NCBI GenBank assembly: GCA_041484665.1
Contig: JBGPIA010000006.1
Location: 161,468-225,467 of the forward strand
DNA from: Candidatus Krumholzibacteriia bacterium
Lineage (GTDB): Bacteria; Krumholzibacteriota; Krumholzibacteriia; JAJRXK01
Reading direction: 5' to 3'
DNA length: 64,000 nucleotides
Each line of letters starts with the position of its first letter. Within the stretch, counting starts at the first letter, position 1. This document shows positions 12,601 through 21,954 of this stretch, one piece after another. The notes below the pieces were generated by a model that worked only from the letters and a program-made list of their open reading frames with translations, ran no database searches and was not told the origin of the DNA. Position numbers and translations under genes: made by a program.

Positions 12601-12936
12601 CAGGCACCGCCCCGTGGCTTGCAGCGCCTTGCCGTCGGACAGATTGAGTCGAAAGCACCGCGCTTGCCCGATCGCGAACAGCATGTCGGCGATGCGCAGC
12701 GAGTCGGCAGCGGGGTCGCTGGAGAGGCGGGCGAGCACCACAGCGGCGAGGCTCTCGGCCGGGACCCAGCTCCGTTGCTGCTGGAAATGCCGGACGGCCG
12801 CCAGGTCCTCGTCCAGCGTGGGTGCGCTTCCGGCTTTTGACCCTGCTCCGAAGGACAGCGTCAGCCACAGTGCCGCCAGCAGCGCCGCAGGAAGCGCCAA
12901 CGTGTGAGCTGAAGGGCTTTTCTTATGGGAGATCAC
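9658..12936 (-). CDS. TPR + CHAT (caspase-like) protease with an N-terminal signal-peptide-like segment
   Basis: TPR repeats in the N-terminal half; CHAT motifs ILHLATHG (His), VVLSACH (Cys), AGARTVIASRWAVED and HPFYWAAF. GTG start at 12936 is inferred; the ORF is open to 13044. Confidence 0.9.
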   Translation of the reverse strand: MISHKKSPSAHTLALPAALLAALWLTLSFGAGSKAGSAPTLDEDLAAVRHFQQQRSWVPAESLAAVVLARLSSDPAADSLRIADMLFAIGQARCFRLNLSDGKALQATGRCLEIRQRELGAEHVDVAEAHVLLGRVFSNTGGNDSALVHYQKAREICTSLLGPADTLVANTWGYSGLAHRGLRDFRRALEELGQALSIREHYHGPVHRAVAEMLAQMGYCWHQLGDLDHAREALERSLSVLGKTVGRDARQRILPLDYLAGVETAAGNHAWALDLSQEALRVSRLHGSEDDPEVIRMRGNLAAALFMFGDYAGMRAELQTVLPWYESHRGPRDRWTASTRLNLGLACAGVGDSSAAMRLLRKVETDLAAQPGPPDPNLAYALAWQARVLHTSGDDAGARAACERGLRTARAAPNPSAFTLALLHYTLLEVLCASADSAALDSTCRSLDRLADEFSLHTTTTAASISYWDARVAQKLGRDSQAWTHALEAFRRSHQQVCWNVQALPDGRALQLSWEQSRNLDVVVDLARNGSPQRLEAAWDRLVRTRGLVRAELARRRLPLALRSDPKIVAARAQWLKSQRSYAQRVVLTAGAADDSAETAKLERLRSLAEVTERAYVQALAGRRAAAVPAEVALSDVRARLRAGQALVSVIEIAAPTDTARVLAFVARGGGKDISLVDLGRTRELRAVLDAWQEQLAAPPGPDVRAAGEAERACRALGRAARTATWDRIAGLLGGAKDVFVVADGPLLDMPWQALPDKDGGYLVEAEPRLHVLNAEWELVAPHEPVTSTSMLAVGDPQYESAGEQPQIAAAPVIAAATVLAAAPVIAAATVRAASDPCSGGADLVLAQLPASGREAQEAARAWCAGGSHRTATLLVGQDATEAAVKREAPGRAILHLATHGIVARDTCLTGDVGTRGVGGVSPVSDAPQSAAAARARPFTMPAIGVGPSPWSDRRVWLALAGANHAHEHSADENEGLLTAEEVITLDLEGTDWVVLSACHAALAGALPREGTLGLRRAFHLAGARTVIASRWAVEDAATREWMRALYEARRAGAVGAAQAMQSASRAVLRARRDEGRSTHPFYWAAFTATGE
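10443..10512. repeat. 36-bp-period in-frame duplication inside the CHAT gene
   Basis: GCACGGTCGCCGCCGCGATCACCGGCGCCGCCGC occurs twice and encodes AAAPVIAAATV x2. Confidence 0.85.
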
Positions 12937-13197
12937 TGCACGGGATGCCCAAGAACGAGCGGGGGAGCCTCGATCCCTCGATGCCGGGTCAGCGCTCCAC
13001 GCCTCTGGGCAGAGGGCCGCTGGAGGGTGGAGGGCGCCGCCCATCTATTATCAACCGCGTCAATGAACCGCGTCCAGTCGCTGGGGGAAGGCTCGATCGG
13101 GCGGATGGGGTGCCGGCCGGATCGAGCGCCACGGACGGCGACTCGTCCAGCGGGTGAGTCCTCGGATCGGGGCACCCACAAGGGCCGTGGCGCGCAA

Positions 13198-14481
13198 TCA
13201 GCGCCGACTCCCCGCGTCCCCCGGCTCCGGGGGCAACAAGAAGCGCAAGATGTCGGGCAGCCGGGCGGCCCAGGCATGCTCGTTGTGGGCCGCGCCCGGA
13301 GCCTCGAGGTAGCCGAGATTCTGGCCAGCGATGTAGCCACGCGCGAGCAACACGTCGCGGAAGCGACGAAGCTCGCCCACCAGCCGCGGCGGGGATCCGG
13401 TATCCGCGGGGTCTTCCGCGGTGCCCATGTCGATCCAGATCCGCAACGGCAAGTGTTGCGTGGCGGCAGCCTCGTATTGCCGTTGCAGGTCGTGGTCGCC
13501 CCACTGCACCACCGGCGAGACGCCGGCCACCAGCCCGAACGTCTCCCCGGCGACGACGCCGGCGTAGAGTGATACGAGCCCTCCGAGCGAGGAGCCGACC
13601 ATCGCCGTCTGATCGCGCCCGGGCAGCGTGCGAAACAAAGAATCGATGTGCGGCTTGAGCTCCTCCAGCAGGAACTTCAAGTAGAGGTCGGCGCGCGGCG
13701 CGGTGGCGGATCCCGCGTCGGCGACCTGCGTGTACTCGCCGACGCGCTGCGGCGTGTTGGCGATGGCAACGGCGATCGCCGCCCGCATCTCGCCCGCCGC
13801 GATCAGACGCTCGAGCGTCTCGTCGGCGCCCCACTCGACGCCGATGAACGCGCTCGCCGCGTTTAATACGTTTTGGCCGTCGTGTAAGTAAACGACCGGG
13901 TAGCGATGCTGTGGCAACCGCTGGTACGACGGCGGCAAATAGACCCAGACATCGCGCTCGTTGCCAAGCGCCGCGCTGCGAATCCGCCCGAGGTAGCGCA
14001 CCTCGCCGGTGAAGGTCGCGGGCCGCGTAGCCGCCCGTCTTTCCACCTGGTCGCGCCACTGCGCGACCTGCACGTGCACAGTGTCTGCGTGGACCGCCAC
14101 CAACCGCCGGTTGGCGATCTCCTCGCCCGCAGACCCCTTTTCCACGGTCTCCCAGCTCCCGCGCGTGAGTTTGTACTCGAGCGCCCAGCCGGCCGGCAGC
14201 TCGAGCGTCACGCTATGGGTGTGCGCACCGAGGGGCTGCAACGCGACCTTGCCCGGATCCCATGGTCCCAGCTCCGGGAGGTTCCCGGAAATGCGAAGGG
14301 TGTCAGCGGGCGGGGTGCTCGCCGGCGCCTGGACGACGAACGTGATCGTGATGCGCGTCGCGCCAGGAGCGGGTGGGGCTGCCCCGGCCGCCGGCCGAAC
14401 CAGCGCTAACGAAGCGGCGAGCAGGATCGCGACCTGCCGCCGACTCGAGATGCGGCGGCTGATCGTCCGGGCATTCCACAT
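13198..14481 (-). CDS. Secreted alpha/beta-hydrolase (putative esterase) with N-terminal CBM20-like domain
   Basis: Signal peptide; ISGNLPELGPWDP...LEYKLTRGSWETVEKG (CBM20-like); VWVYLPPSY, YLHDGQN, nucleophile GSSLGG and HNEHAW. Confidence 0.88.
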   Translation of the reverse strand: MWNARTISRRISSRRQVAILLAASLALVRPAAGAAPPAPGATRITITFVVQAPASTPPADTLRISGNLPELGPWDPGKVALQPLGAHTHSVTLELPAGWALEYKLTRGSWETVEKGSAGEEIANRRLVAVHADTVHVQVAQWRDQVERRAATRPATFTGEVRYLGRIRSAALGNERDVWVYLPPSYQRLPQHRYPVVYLHDGQNVLNAASAFIGVEWGADETLERLIAAGEMRAAIAVAIANTPQRVGEYTQVADAGSATAPRADLYLKFLLEELKPHIDSLFRTLPGRDQTAMVGSSLGGLVSLYAGVVAGETFGLVAGVSPVVQWGDHDLQRQYEAAATQHLPLRIWIDMGTAEDPADTGSPPRLVGELRRFRDVLLARGYIAGQNLGYLEAPGAAHNEHAWAARLPDILRFLLPPEPGDAGSRR

Positions 14482-14489
14482 GCCCCAGA

Positions 14490-14756
14490 CCAGGGTCGAG
14501 CAGATCGGCTTGACCTCAGCTGGCGCAGCAGTGGCCACTCCGATGGCGAGCGGAAGACCATGGCCGTCCGCGACTGCCATGAGCTCTGAACCCTTGCCCC
14601 GCTTCGTCGGGCCCACACTCGGCGATGGCAGGTGGCGTGGGAGGGATGGCGCCCACTGTTCGTCCTTGAGATCCATGTGCTCCCTCCTGGGCGCAGTCCA
14701 TGAACCCCTGCGGGAGCAGTCTAGCCGGCCGGACCCCTTCTGACATTTCTTCTGGG
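14490..14756 (-). mobile_element. Internally deleted IS5-family transposase remnant
   Basis: MDLKDEQWA (IS5 N-terminus, ATG 14676) joined directly to VGPTKRGKGSELMAVADGHGLPLAIGVATAAPAEV (IS5 DDE-region motif); end-like sequence at about 14738-14756. Confidence 0.75.
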
Positions 14757-14855
14757 GGCTTGGGTCTTGACCGTCAACAACATCAGCCACAGGCCGCTGT
14801 CTCTGCGAACGTCCCAGACCCAACGATATGGGAGATAATGAGTGTACCGGCCACC

Positions 14856-16733
14856 TTACCGTGCCAGCAGCACCTTCAGTGATGACTCCCCGCCGGTCGG
14901 CGTTTCCACTCGAACGAAGTAGATTCCTGCCGGGACGGTGCGTCCGGAATCGTCGCGGCCGTCCCAGGAAAACACCCGGCCCCCTTGGGGGATCTCGCCG
15001 GACAGGAGAGTGCGGACGAGGCGGCCGGCCGCGTCGTGGACGCGCAGCGAAGCCCTGGCAGCGTTCGCCAGGGTCAACTCCACCTGCACGGTTTCGCGGA
15101 ACGGGTTCGGACCGACGAGCCGAAATCCAGGCCCCAGTCTCACCGGATCTGTCGGCACGCCGGTGACGTTCCCGAGAACGCTCTCCGTGGCGAAGGGTGA
15201 TCCTGCATACGCGCCGTCGATCGCCTGCACACTCCAGTAGAAGGGGCCGGGCCCCGGGGGCTCGATTTCCCACGTCCTCATGTGTTGGGTGTTCCCCATC
15301 GCCACGACCCGGCGGAAGCCGCTCGGCCCTGCTTCCGGCGCCAGCACGTCGCCGGCTCCGGGAGTGGTCCCAATGCGCAGGTTGTAGGTCAGCCCTCCCG
15401 ACGGAGTCTCGTTGTCGGTGGCTGCGTTCCACTGAAAGGTCCCGCGACTGCCGTTGAGTGTCGCAGAGAGCCCGGTCGGCGCCTGTGGCGGCGTGTTGGC
15501 CGTACTGCAGGCGTTGCGGTAAACCGCGGCCAGGATACCGGGACTGCTGTCGTCGCCGGTCAGCAGGATGTCCAGATCGCCGTCGTTGTCGTAGTCGCCC
15601 CAGCCGGACGCGCTCCTCGATTCGTTATTGCCTACCCCAGGCAGCCCCGCGGCGATGTCCTCGAACACCGGGAAGAAGGTCCCCCCGTTTCGACGGAAGA
15701 CCTTGGCCTGCGGAGCGATGCCGTCGTATCCGGCGAAGAGGATATCCCGGCTCCCGTCGTTGTCGTAGTCGCCCCAGGCTGCGCTGCCCTGCTGCACGCC
15801 CTGGCCGAAGGTCGGGGTATCATCCGTGAAGAAATGCTGCCCGGCAGAGGAGACGTTCGTGAACACCCCGGTATCGGAGTTCGGTCCGTATCCTCCCGTG
15901 GCCACAACGTCCAGGTCGCCGTCGTTGTCGAAGTCGCCCCAGGCGACGGAGACATAGCCGATCGGCACGGTGCTCGGCAGAACCGCGGCCTCTGCAAAGG
16001 TGGGATTCGGCCCCCCGCCGTTTCGGAAGAGCTTCACGATCCAGTCGGACTGGTGATAGCCGGTGATCAGGAAGTCGAGGTCCCCGTCGTTGTCGTAGTC
16101 GCCCCAGGCGACCGAGCCGTCCCGCGCTGCCGGGAGCGCGATGCCAGCGTCGCTGAACGTCGGGTTGGGCCCCCCGCTGTTGCGGTAGATCCCCGTGATC
16201 GAAATCGACGCAGGTGCGTTGTTCAGACCTGTTAGCAGCAAGTCCGGGTCCCCATCGTTGTCGTAGTCCCCCCATGCTGCCGCGCTGTAGGCAATCCCCG
16301 GCAGAGCGAGCAAGGCGTTCGTGAACGTGGGATTCGGCCCGCCGTTGTTCCGATAGATCTGCGTGAGCGGCCCTCCAGCTCCGAAGCCGGTGAGAAGGAC
16401 GTCGAGATCGCCATCACGATCGTAGTCGGCCCAGCTCCCCGAGCCGTAATCGAATCCCGGCAGTCCGGTGGCGATATCCACAAAGGTCGGATTGGTGCCA
16501 CCTGAGCTCCTGTAGATGCGCGTGAACGCGCCCGCGCCGAGCAGGAGATCCAGATCCCCATCATTGTCGTAGTCCCCCCAGGCGGAGAAGCATCGGGTTA
16601 CGCCCGGAAGGCCCAGCGAGGCGTCGGTGAAGCACGTCGCGGCCCGCAGTGGGCAAGCGGGACCGAGTGCCGAAGCGAGCGCGAGGACACGGACGACCCC
16701 GCGGAGGACGGGCGTGTGAGCGGCTCGGGACAT
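14856..16733 (-). CDS. Secreted FG-GAP repeat beta-propeller protein with FN3-like and FlgD-Ig C-terminal domains
   Basis: Signal peptide; seven W(G/A)D(Y/F)D(N/R)DG repeats; C-terminal GPNPF...DAAGRLVRTL...WDGRDDSGRTVPAGIYF. Confidence 0.92.
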   Translation of the reverse strand: MSRAAHTPVLRGVVRVLALASALGPACPLRAATCFTDASLGLPGVTRCFSAWGDYDNDGDLDLLLGAGAFTRIYRSSGGTNPTFVDIATGLPGFDYGSGSWADYDRDGDLDVLLTGFGAGGPLTQIYRNNGGPNPTFTNALLALPGIAYSAAAWGDYDNDGDPDLLLTGLNNAPASISITGIYRNSGGPNPTFSDAGIALPAARDGSVAWGDYDNDGDLDFLITGYHQSDWIVKLFRNGGGPNPTFAEAAVLPSTVPIGYVSVAWGDFDNDGDLDVVATGGYGPNSDTGVFTNVSSAGQHFFTDDTPTFGQGVQQGSAAWGDYDNDGSRDILFAGYDGIAPQAKVFRRNGGTFFPVFEDIAAGLPGVGNNESRSASGWGDYDNDGDLDILLTGDDSSPGILAAVYRNACSTANTPPQAPTGLSATLNGSRGTFQWNAATDNETPSGGLTYNLRIGTTPGAGDVLAPEAGPSGFRRVVAMGNTQHMRTWEIEPPGPGPFYWSVQAIDGAYAGSPFATESVLGNVTGVPTDPVRLGPGFRLVGPNPFRETVQVELTLANAARASLRVHDAAGRLVRTLLSGEIPQGGRVFSWDGRDDSGRTVPAGIYFVRVETPTGGESSLKVLLAR

Positions 16734-16799
16734 GTGGACCTCGTGGACAGGTGGTTGGACGGAGAGGCTCCGACGGCCCCGCGGATCCGACCGCTCGAT

Positions 16800-16980
16800 G
16801 GCTCCGAGCCTGGCGGCCGGTCTCGGCGGCGTTACCGTCCCTACCTAAGTCTACGCCTGCGAGCGTCGAAGCGAACAAAGGGGGGGTGATGATCAGCCAT
16901 AGATACAGAAAGCCCGCAACTCTCGCGTACATGCGTTGCGTTCTTTCCGTCGAACTGTATTCCATTCTAATGTCTGTCAT
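16800..16980 (-). pseudogene. N-terminal fragment of a DUF4386-like membrane protein
   Basis: YARVAGFLYLWLII...GNAAET resembles the family start, but the remaining helices are missing. Boundaries are approximate. Confidence 0.4.
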
Positions 16981-17292
16981 TGCATCGCTCGGAGCGGCGG
17001 CTCGCCGCATCGTAGTATTCACGCACGACTGGCCTGATCTTTAGAGAGCTGTCCGCACGCTGGCCTGCTCCTTCAATCGTTGTTCGTTCACGCCGATCAC
17101 GAGGAGTCACACGGTCAGCGATCCCTTCGAGGTCAAAGAGCGCCGCGAGCAAAGTGAGGCTCCTGTTCAGCGGCTTAAAGGTGCGCGGCTGGGTGTCGAG
17201 GAAGCCCTGCACCGCAGGAAACCCTGGCCCGGTTAGCCGCGATGAAGACAGCCGACTGCTACTCAAGGTATGAGCGTGGTCGGTGGCGGTAC

Positions 17293-17398
17293 CGCCCACC
17301 GTTCGTCCTTGAGATCCACGTGCTCCCTGCTGGGCGCCGTCCATGATGCCGCGCGGGAGCAGTTTAGCAGGTCGGTCCATTTGTGAGCGAGGTTCTAG
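17293..17398 (-). mobile_element. Second IS5-family left-end remnant
   Basis: About 85 bp closely similar to 14650-14733 (encodes VDLKDERWA), followed on the plus strand by TTTGTGAGCGAGGTTCTAG, an IS5-like terminus ending in CTAG. Confidence 0.7.
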
Positions 17399-17430
17399 TC
17401 AGCCCGGGGACGGCGCTCAAGGTCCACAGC

Positions 17431-17533
17431 GGGCGTAGTGGGCGCAGTGGGCTCGGTGGGCGTAGCAGGCGTAGTGGGCGCAGTGGGCTCGGTGGGCGCA
17501 GCGGACGTAGCGGGCGTAGCGGGCGCAGTGGGC
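17431..17533. repeat. Degenerate 9-bp tandem repeat (about 11 units)
   Basis: Consecutive GGGCGTAGT / GGGCGCAGT / GGGCTCGGT / GGGCGTAGC units. Confidence 0.85.
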
Positions 17534-17759
17534 CGTGGCGCGGGAGCCGAGCCCTGCCCCGAGCTCTGAGGCTGCCGAGGCGTAGCGGCGTGCAGTTGAG
17601 CCCGAGGAAGCGTGCCCGGGTTCCAGCAGACATGCTACCTTCCCCGGACTGGCCGGCGGCGGAGGTCGCGTAGCGCGCTGGGCGGAGTGTCGGGCGCGAA
17701 CGTGCCGGAGCCGCGGTTGGACAGCTTCTGTAGAGGGTTGGCGCCCAGGAGGCTCGCTC

Positions 17760-18521
17760 GTGATCGAAGTCGAATCTCTCACCAAGCTCTACGGCGACCT
17801 GGTAGCGGTCGAGGACCTGAGCTTCACCGTCCAGCCCGGCGAGGTGTTGGGGCTCGTGGGCCCCAATGGAGCGGGCAAGACCACCACCATCCGGTGTCTG
17901 GTGGGGATTCTCCGTCCGACGCGGGGAGGCGTGCGCATCTGCGGCCACGACCTGCTCGCCGAGCCCGTCGAGGCCAAGCGGGCGCTGGCCTACGTCCCCG
18001 ACGAGCCCAGGCTCTTCGAGTACCTGACGGTCGACGAGCATTTGCAATTCACCGCCCGGATCTACGGCGTCCAGGACGCGCCGGCGCGCGCCGGTGCCCT
18101 GCTCGAGGAGTTGGAGCTCGGCGGGAAGGGGAAGTCGCTTCCGGGTGAGCTGTCGCGCGGGATGCGCCAGAAACTCGCCATCGCCTGCGGCCTGTTGCAT
18201 CAGCCAGGCTCGTTGCTGCTGGATGAGCCCCTGACCGGGCTCGATCCGGTGGGCATCCGGCGCATGAAGCGCACGATCGTGGAGCGCGCCCGTCAGGGCG
18301 CTTCGGTCATCGTCTCCTCCCACTTGTTGCACCTGCTCGAGGAGATCGCCGACCGCGTGCTGATCATCCAGAACGGCCGCAAGGTGGCGCACGGCAACCA
18401 AGCCGAGATCCGCTCGCTCGTGCCGGAGCTCGCGGACTCGGCGGACCTGGAGGAGATCTTCATCCGCGTCACGGGCGCCGACGATGGGGCCGTGCCCCCG
18501 GCAGGTGGAGCGCTCCGGTGA
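17760..18521 (+). CDS. ABC transporter ATP-binding protein
   Basis: Walker A GPNGAGKTT, signature LSRGMRQK, Walker B LLLDEP and SSH switch. Confidence 0.95.
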   Translation: MIEVESLTKLYGDLVAVEDLSFTVQPGEVLGLVGPNGAGKTTTIRCLVGILRPTRGGVRICGHDLLAEPVEAKRALAYVPDEPRLFEYLTVDEHLQFTARIYGVQDAPARAGALLEELELGGKGKSLPGELSRGMRQKLAIACGLLHQPGSLLLDEPLTGLDPVGIRRMKRTIVERARQGASVIVSSHLLHLLEEIADRVLIIQNGRKVAHGNQAEIRSLVPELADSADLEEIFIRVTGADDGAVPPAGGALR

Positions 18522-20281
18522 TCGGCGTCTACCTGTTCCTGGCCACGCGCACGGCGCGCAACCTCGTGACCCACCGCCTGAAGCGGCTGCGCCAGCCCCG
18601 CTACCTGGTGGCCACCGTGCTGGGCGCACTCTACTTCTATTGGAGCATCTTCGCGCGCCGCGGGTTCTCCGGCGGCGGCGGTACTGGAGACCCTTGGCGC
18701 GTCGCCGCGGGATTGGCGATGTTGCCCCACGGGTTGCTCGAATTGGCGGGAACGGCCGCGCTGTTCATCGTACTGGCGCTGGCGTGGGTAGTGCCCCAGT
18801 CGGGCGCGGCGCTGCGGTTCAGCGAAGCCGAGGTGCAGTTCCTCTTCACCGCGCCGCTCTCCCGGCGCAGTCTCATCCACTACAAGCTGGTGCGCTCCCA
18901 GGCGATGTTGATCCTGGGAGCGCTGGTGGCCTCCATCGTCCTCAACGGCAGGTTCTGGCGCCCCGGGAGCGCGCCCATGCTGCTGGGGATCTGGATCTTG
19001 CTCGCCACCCTGAACCTCCACTTCCTGGCCTTGGGGCTCACGCGCACCAGCCTCATCGAGCATGGTGTGTCCGCGGCACGCCGCAGGCTGATCGTGCTCG
19101 GGGTGCTGGTGGCGCTCGTGGCCGCGGCGGCCTGGGGGGTGCGCGCGGCGTTTCCGGCGCTGCGCACGGCGGCCGTGCAGGGCGCGCGCGCGGCACTGGA
19201 AGAAACGGTGCGTGTGGGCCACGCGGGAATCCTGGGCGTGTTGCTGTTCCCGCTGCGCGTCATGGTGCGACCCGCGCTGGCACCCGATCTGCGCGCCTTC
19301 GCCATCGTCGTCCCGGGGGCGCTCGCTCTGCTGGGCCTCAACTACGCGTGGGCCGTGACCTCCCAGGCGGCGTTCGAGGAGGCATCGGCGGAGGCATCGG
19401 CACGGCGCGCGCGCCGCATGGAGCGCCGGCGCGCCGGACACGGGCGCACCGTGCTGCGAGCGGGAACGTCGCGCCGGGCCCCGTTCGCGCTGCGTCCCGC
19501 GGGCCGGCCGGAGGTGGCGGTGGTGTGGAAGAACCTCATCGCCGCGGGACGGGTCTGGAACGTCCGGGCGCTCGTGTTGGTGGGGGTATTGCTGGTGATG
19601 TCGATCGGCCTGGCCGGCGGGCTCGCGCACGGATCGGGCACGGTCTTCACCGTGGCAGCCGCGTCGCTAGCCGGCGTGGCCGTCCTCCTGATGCTGCTCG
19701 GCGCCACCATGATGCGCAACGACCTGAGGCAGGACCTGCTGGCGCTGGATGCGCTGAAATGCTATCCGCTGAGCGGGACCTCCATGGTGTTGGCGGAGGT
19801 GCTGTCGCCGGTGGTCATGCTCACGGCCGCGCAGTGGCTCCTGCTTGCCATTGCGGCGCTCCTGAGCCCGCTGGGCGGCTTCCGTCAACTGGGCCTGGCC
19901 ACCCGGCTGTGCATCATTCTGTCGGCCATGGTGCTGGCCCCGTCGCTCAATTTCGTGACCGTGACGGTGCAGAATGCAGCGGTATTGATCTTCCCCGCCT
20001 GGGTTTCACTGGGACAGAGCCGGGCGCAGGGGCTGGAGGCCACTGGGCAGCGCATGATCAACTTCGTTGGCACATTACTGGTGCTGCTCTTCGCCTGCGT
20101 GCCCGCGGCGCTCACGGCGGGGCTGACGCTGCTGATCACCTGGAGCTTCATGGGGACGTGGAGCATTCCCATCGTGGCGTTGGTTGCATCGCTCACCCTG
20201 GCCGCGGAGGGCGCCGTCGCACTCGTGGGGCTGGGAAAGCTGTTCGAGAAGCTGGATCCCTCGACGGCGGGGATCACGTGA
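18518..20281 (+). CDS. Putative ABC exporter permease
   Basis: Many TM helices; FSEAEVQFLFTAPLSRRSLIHYKL; GTGA overlap with the ATPase gene. Confidence 0.88.
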   Translation: MIGVYLFLATRTARNLVTHRLKRLRQPRYLVATVLGALYFYWSIFARRGFSGGGGTGDPWRVAAGLAMLPHGLLELAGTAALFIVLALAWVVPQSGAALRFSEAEVQFLFTAPLSRRSLIHYKLVRSQAMLILGALVASIVLNGRFWRPGSAPMLLGIWILLATLNLHFLALGLTRTSLIEHGVSAARRRLIVLGVLVALVAAAAWGVRAAFPALRTAAVQGARAALEETVRVGHAGILGVLLFPLRVMVRPALAPDLRAFAIVVPGALALLGLNYAWAVTSQAAFEEASAEASARRARRMERRRAGHGRTVLRAGTSRRAPFALRPAGRPEVAVVWKNLIAAGRVWNVRALVLVGVLLVMSIGLAGGLAHGSGTVFTVAAASLAGVAVLLMLLGATMMRNDLRQDLLALDALKCYPLSGTSMVLAEVLSPVVMLTAAQWLLLAIAALLSPLGGFRQLGLATRLCIILSAMVLAPSLNFVTVTVQNAAVLIFPAWVSLGQSRAQGLEATGQRMINFVGTLLVLLFACVPAALTAGLTLLITWSFMGTWSIPIVALVASLTLAAEGAVALVGLGKLFEKLDPSTAGIT

Positions 20282-20330
20282 GGCGTCGCAGCGGGGCTCA
20301 CCTGAGCCTCCGTTGGGAGCAATGACCTTG

Positions 20331-21155
20331 ATGCCGAGCGTTTTCATCTCGCACGGAGCGCCCAGCCTGTCGCTGGACGGGGGGCCCGCCCGCGACTTCC
20401 TGCAAGCATTGCCCGCGACCCTGCCACACCCGCGCGCGATCCTGTGCATCTCGGCCCACTGGGAGACGCCGGCGCCCCGCGTGACGGGTAGCCCCGCACC
20501 GGAGACGATCCACGACTTCTACGGCTTCCCCGAAGCCCTCTACGCCCTGCGCTACCCGTCGCCGGGCGATCCGCAGCTCGCCCGCCGCGTCGCGGGGCTC
20601 CTGGTCGACGCGGGCTTGCCCGCGGACGTCGATCCAGAGCGCGGCCTGGACCACGGAGCGTGGGTGCCGCTTATGCTCATGGCCCCGCGGGCCGACGTGC
20701 CCGTCGTGCAGCTCTCCGTGCAGACGCGCCTGGGGCCCCAGCACCAGCTCGCTGTGGGCCGCGCGTTGGCGCCGCTGCGCGCGGAGAGCGTGCTGATCCT
20801 GGGCAGCGGCGGCGCGACGCACAATCTCGGCGAGCTGCAGTGGGGCGGAAGCGACGCCCTCCCCCCCGCGTTCGCGGGCGCCTTCGACGACTGGCTCGCG
20901 GACGCGGTGGCCGCGGGCGACGAGGCGGCGCTCCTGCGCTACCGCGACGTGGCCCCCCACGCGCAGCGCAACCACCCAACAGCCGAGCATTTCCTGCCGC
21001 TCTTCGTGCCGCTGGGCGCGGCGCATGAGGGGGCGCTGACGGCTGCGAACGAGGCGCCACGCGCGAACATGGCCAAGGGCGCGGGCGGCCGCGTGCTGCA
21101 CCGCAGCTTCGCGTACGGATCGCTGTCGATGGCCGCATTCCAGTGGGGAACGTGA
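20331..21155 (+). CDS. DODA/LigB-type class III extradiol dioxygenase (YgiD-like)
   Basis: FISHGAP, ISAHWET, TIHDFYGFP, RGLDHGAWVPL, GSGGATHNL and HPTAEHFLPL. Alternative ATG at 20322. Confidence 0.93.
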   Translation: MPSVFISHGAPSLSLDGGPARDFLQALPATLPHPRAILCISAHWETPAPRVTGSPAPETIHDFYGFPEALYALRYPSPGDPQLARRVAGLLVDAGLPADVDPERGLDHGAWVPLMLMAPRADVPVVQLSVQTRLGPQHQLAVGRALAPLRAESVLILGSGGATHNLGELQWGGSDALPPAFAGAFDDWLADAVAAGDEAALLRYRDVAPHAQRNHPTAEHFLPLFVPLGAAHEGALTAANEAPRANMAKGAGGRVLHRSFAYGSLSMAAFQWGT

Positions 21156-21171
21156 GCGCGGTCGAGTTGTC

Positions 21172-21954
21172 ATGAGACTCGCCCTCACCCGCGACGTCAG
21201 CCCCGCGCTCGCGCGCTGCGAGCTGACCCATCTGCCGCGCCAGCCCATCGACGTCGAGCGCGCCCGCCATCAGCACCAGCGCTACCAGGCGTGCCTCGCC
21301 GAGCTCGGCTGCGAGGTCGTATGCCTGCCCGCCGAAGCCGAGCTGCCCGACTCGGTGTTCGTCGAGGACATGGCGGTGGTGCTCGACGAGCTGGCGATCC
21401 TCACGCACCCCGGCGCGGCCTCGCGCCAGCCAGAGCTCGACTCGATCGCCGTGGAGCTGGCGCCGCACCGCACGCTCGTCCGCATCGAGCCCCCGGCGAC
21501 GCTCGACGGCGGAGACGTACTGCGCATTGGGCGCACGCTGTACGTCGGGCTCTCCAACCGCAGCGGCGCCCAGGCCGTCGAGCAGCTCGCGCGGATCCTC
21601 GCCGCGTACGGCTACACCGTGCGCGGCGTGCCGGTGACGGGCTGCCTGCACCTGAAGTCGGCGGTCTCACTGGTGGCGGAGAATACGGTGCTCCTGAATC
21701 CCGGGTGGGTGAGCGGGGAAGCCTTCGCGGCGCTCGAGCGCATCGAGGTTGACCCCTCCGAGCCCTTCGCCGCCAATGCGCTTTGGATCGACTCCATGAT
21801 CGTGTACCCGGCGGCGTGCCAAAGGACCCGGCAGCGCCTGCAGCAGCGCGGGCTCGGTGTGATCCCGGTCGACGTGTCGGAACTGGCCAAAGCGGAGGGC
21901 GGCGTCACTTGCTGCAGCCTCATCCTGGACGTGCCCGGGGGCAGCAGCCGCTGA
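21172..21954 (+). CDS. Dimethylarginine dimethylaminohydrolase (amidinotransferase superfamily)
   Basis: PDSVFVED, LDGGDVL, LHLKS and KAEGGVTCCS. Confidence 0.9.
   Translation: MRLALTRDVSPALARCELTHLPRQPIDVERARHQHQRYQACLAELGCEVVCLPAEAELPDSVFVEDMAVVLDELAILTHPGAASRQPELDSIAVELAPHRTLVRIEPPATLDGGDVLRIGRTLYVGLSNRSGAQAVEQLARILAAYGYTVRGVPVTGCLHLKSAVSLVAENTVLLNPGWVSGEAFAALERIEVDPSEPFAANALWIDSMIVYPAACQRTRQRLQQRGLGVIPVDVSELAKAEGGVTCCSLILDVPGGSSR

Noticed and set aside
17431..17533. Tandem repeats as a possible CRISPR array (also 34409-34486 and 42470-42545)
   Set aside because: The units are short and contiguous with no unique spacers, and no cas genes are present.
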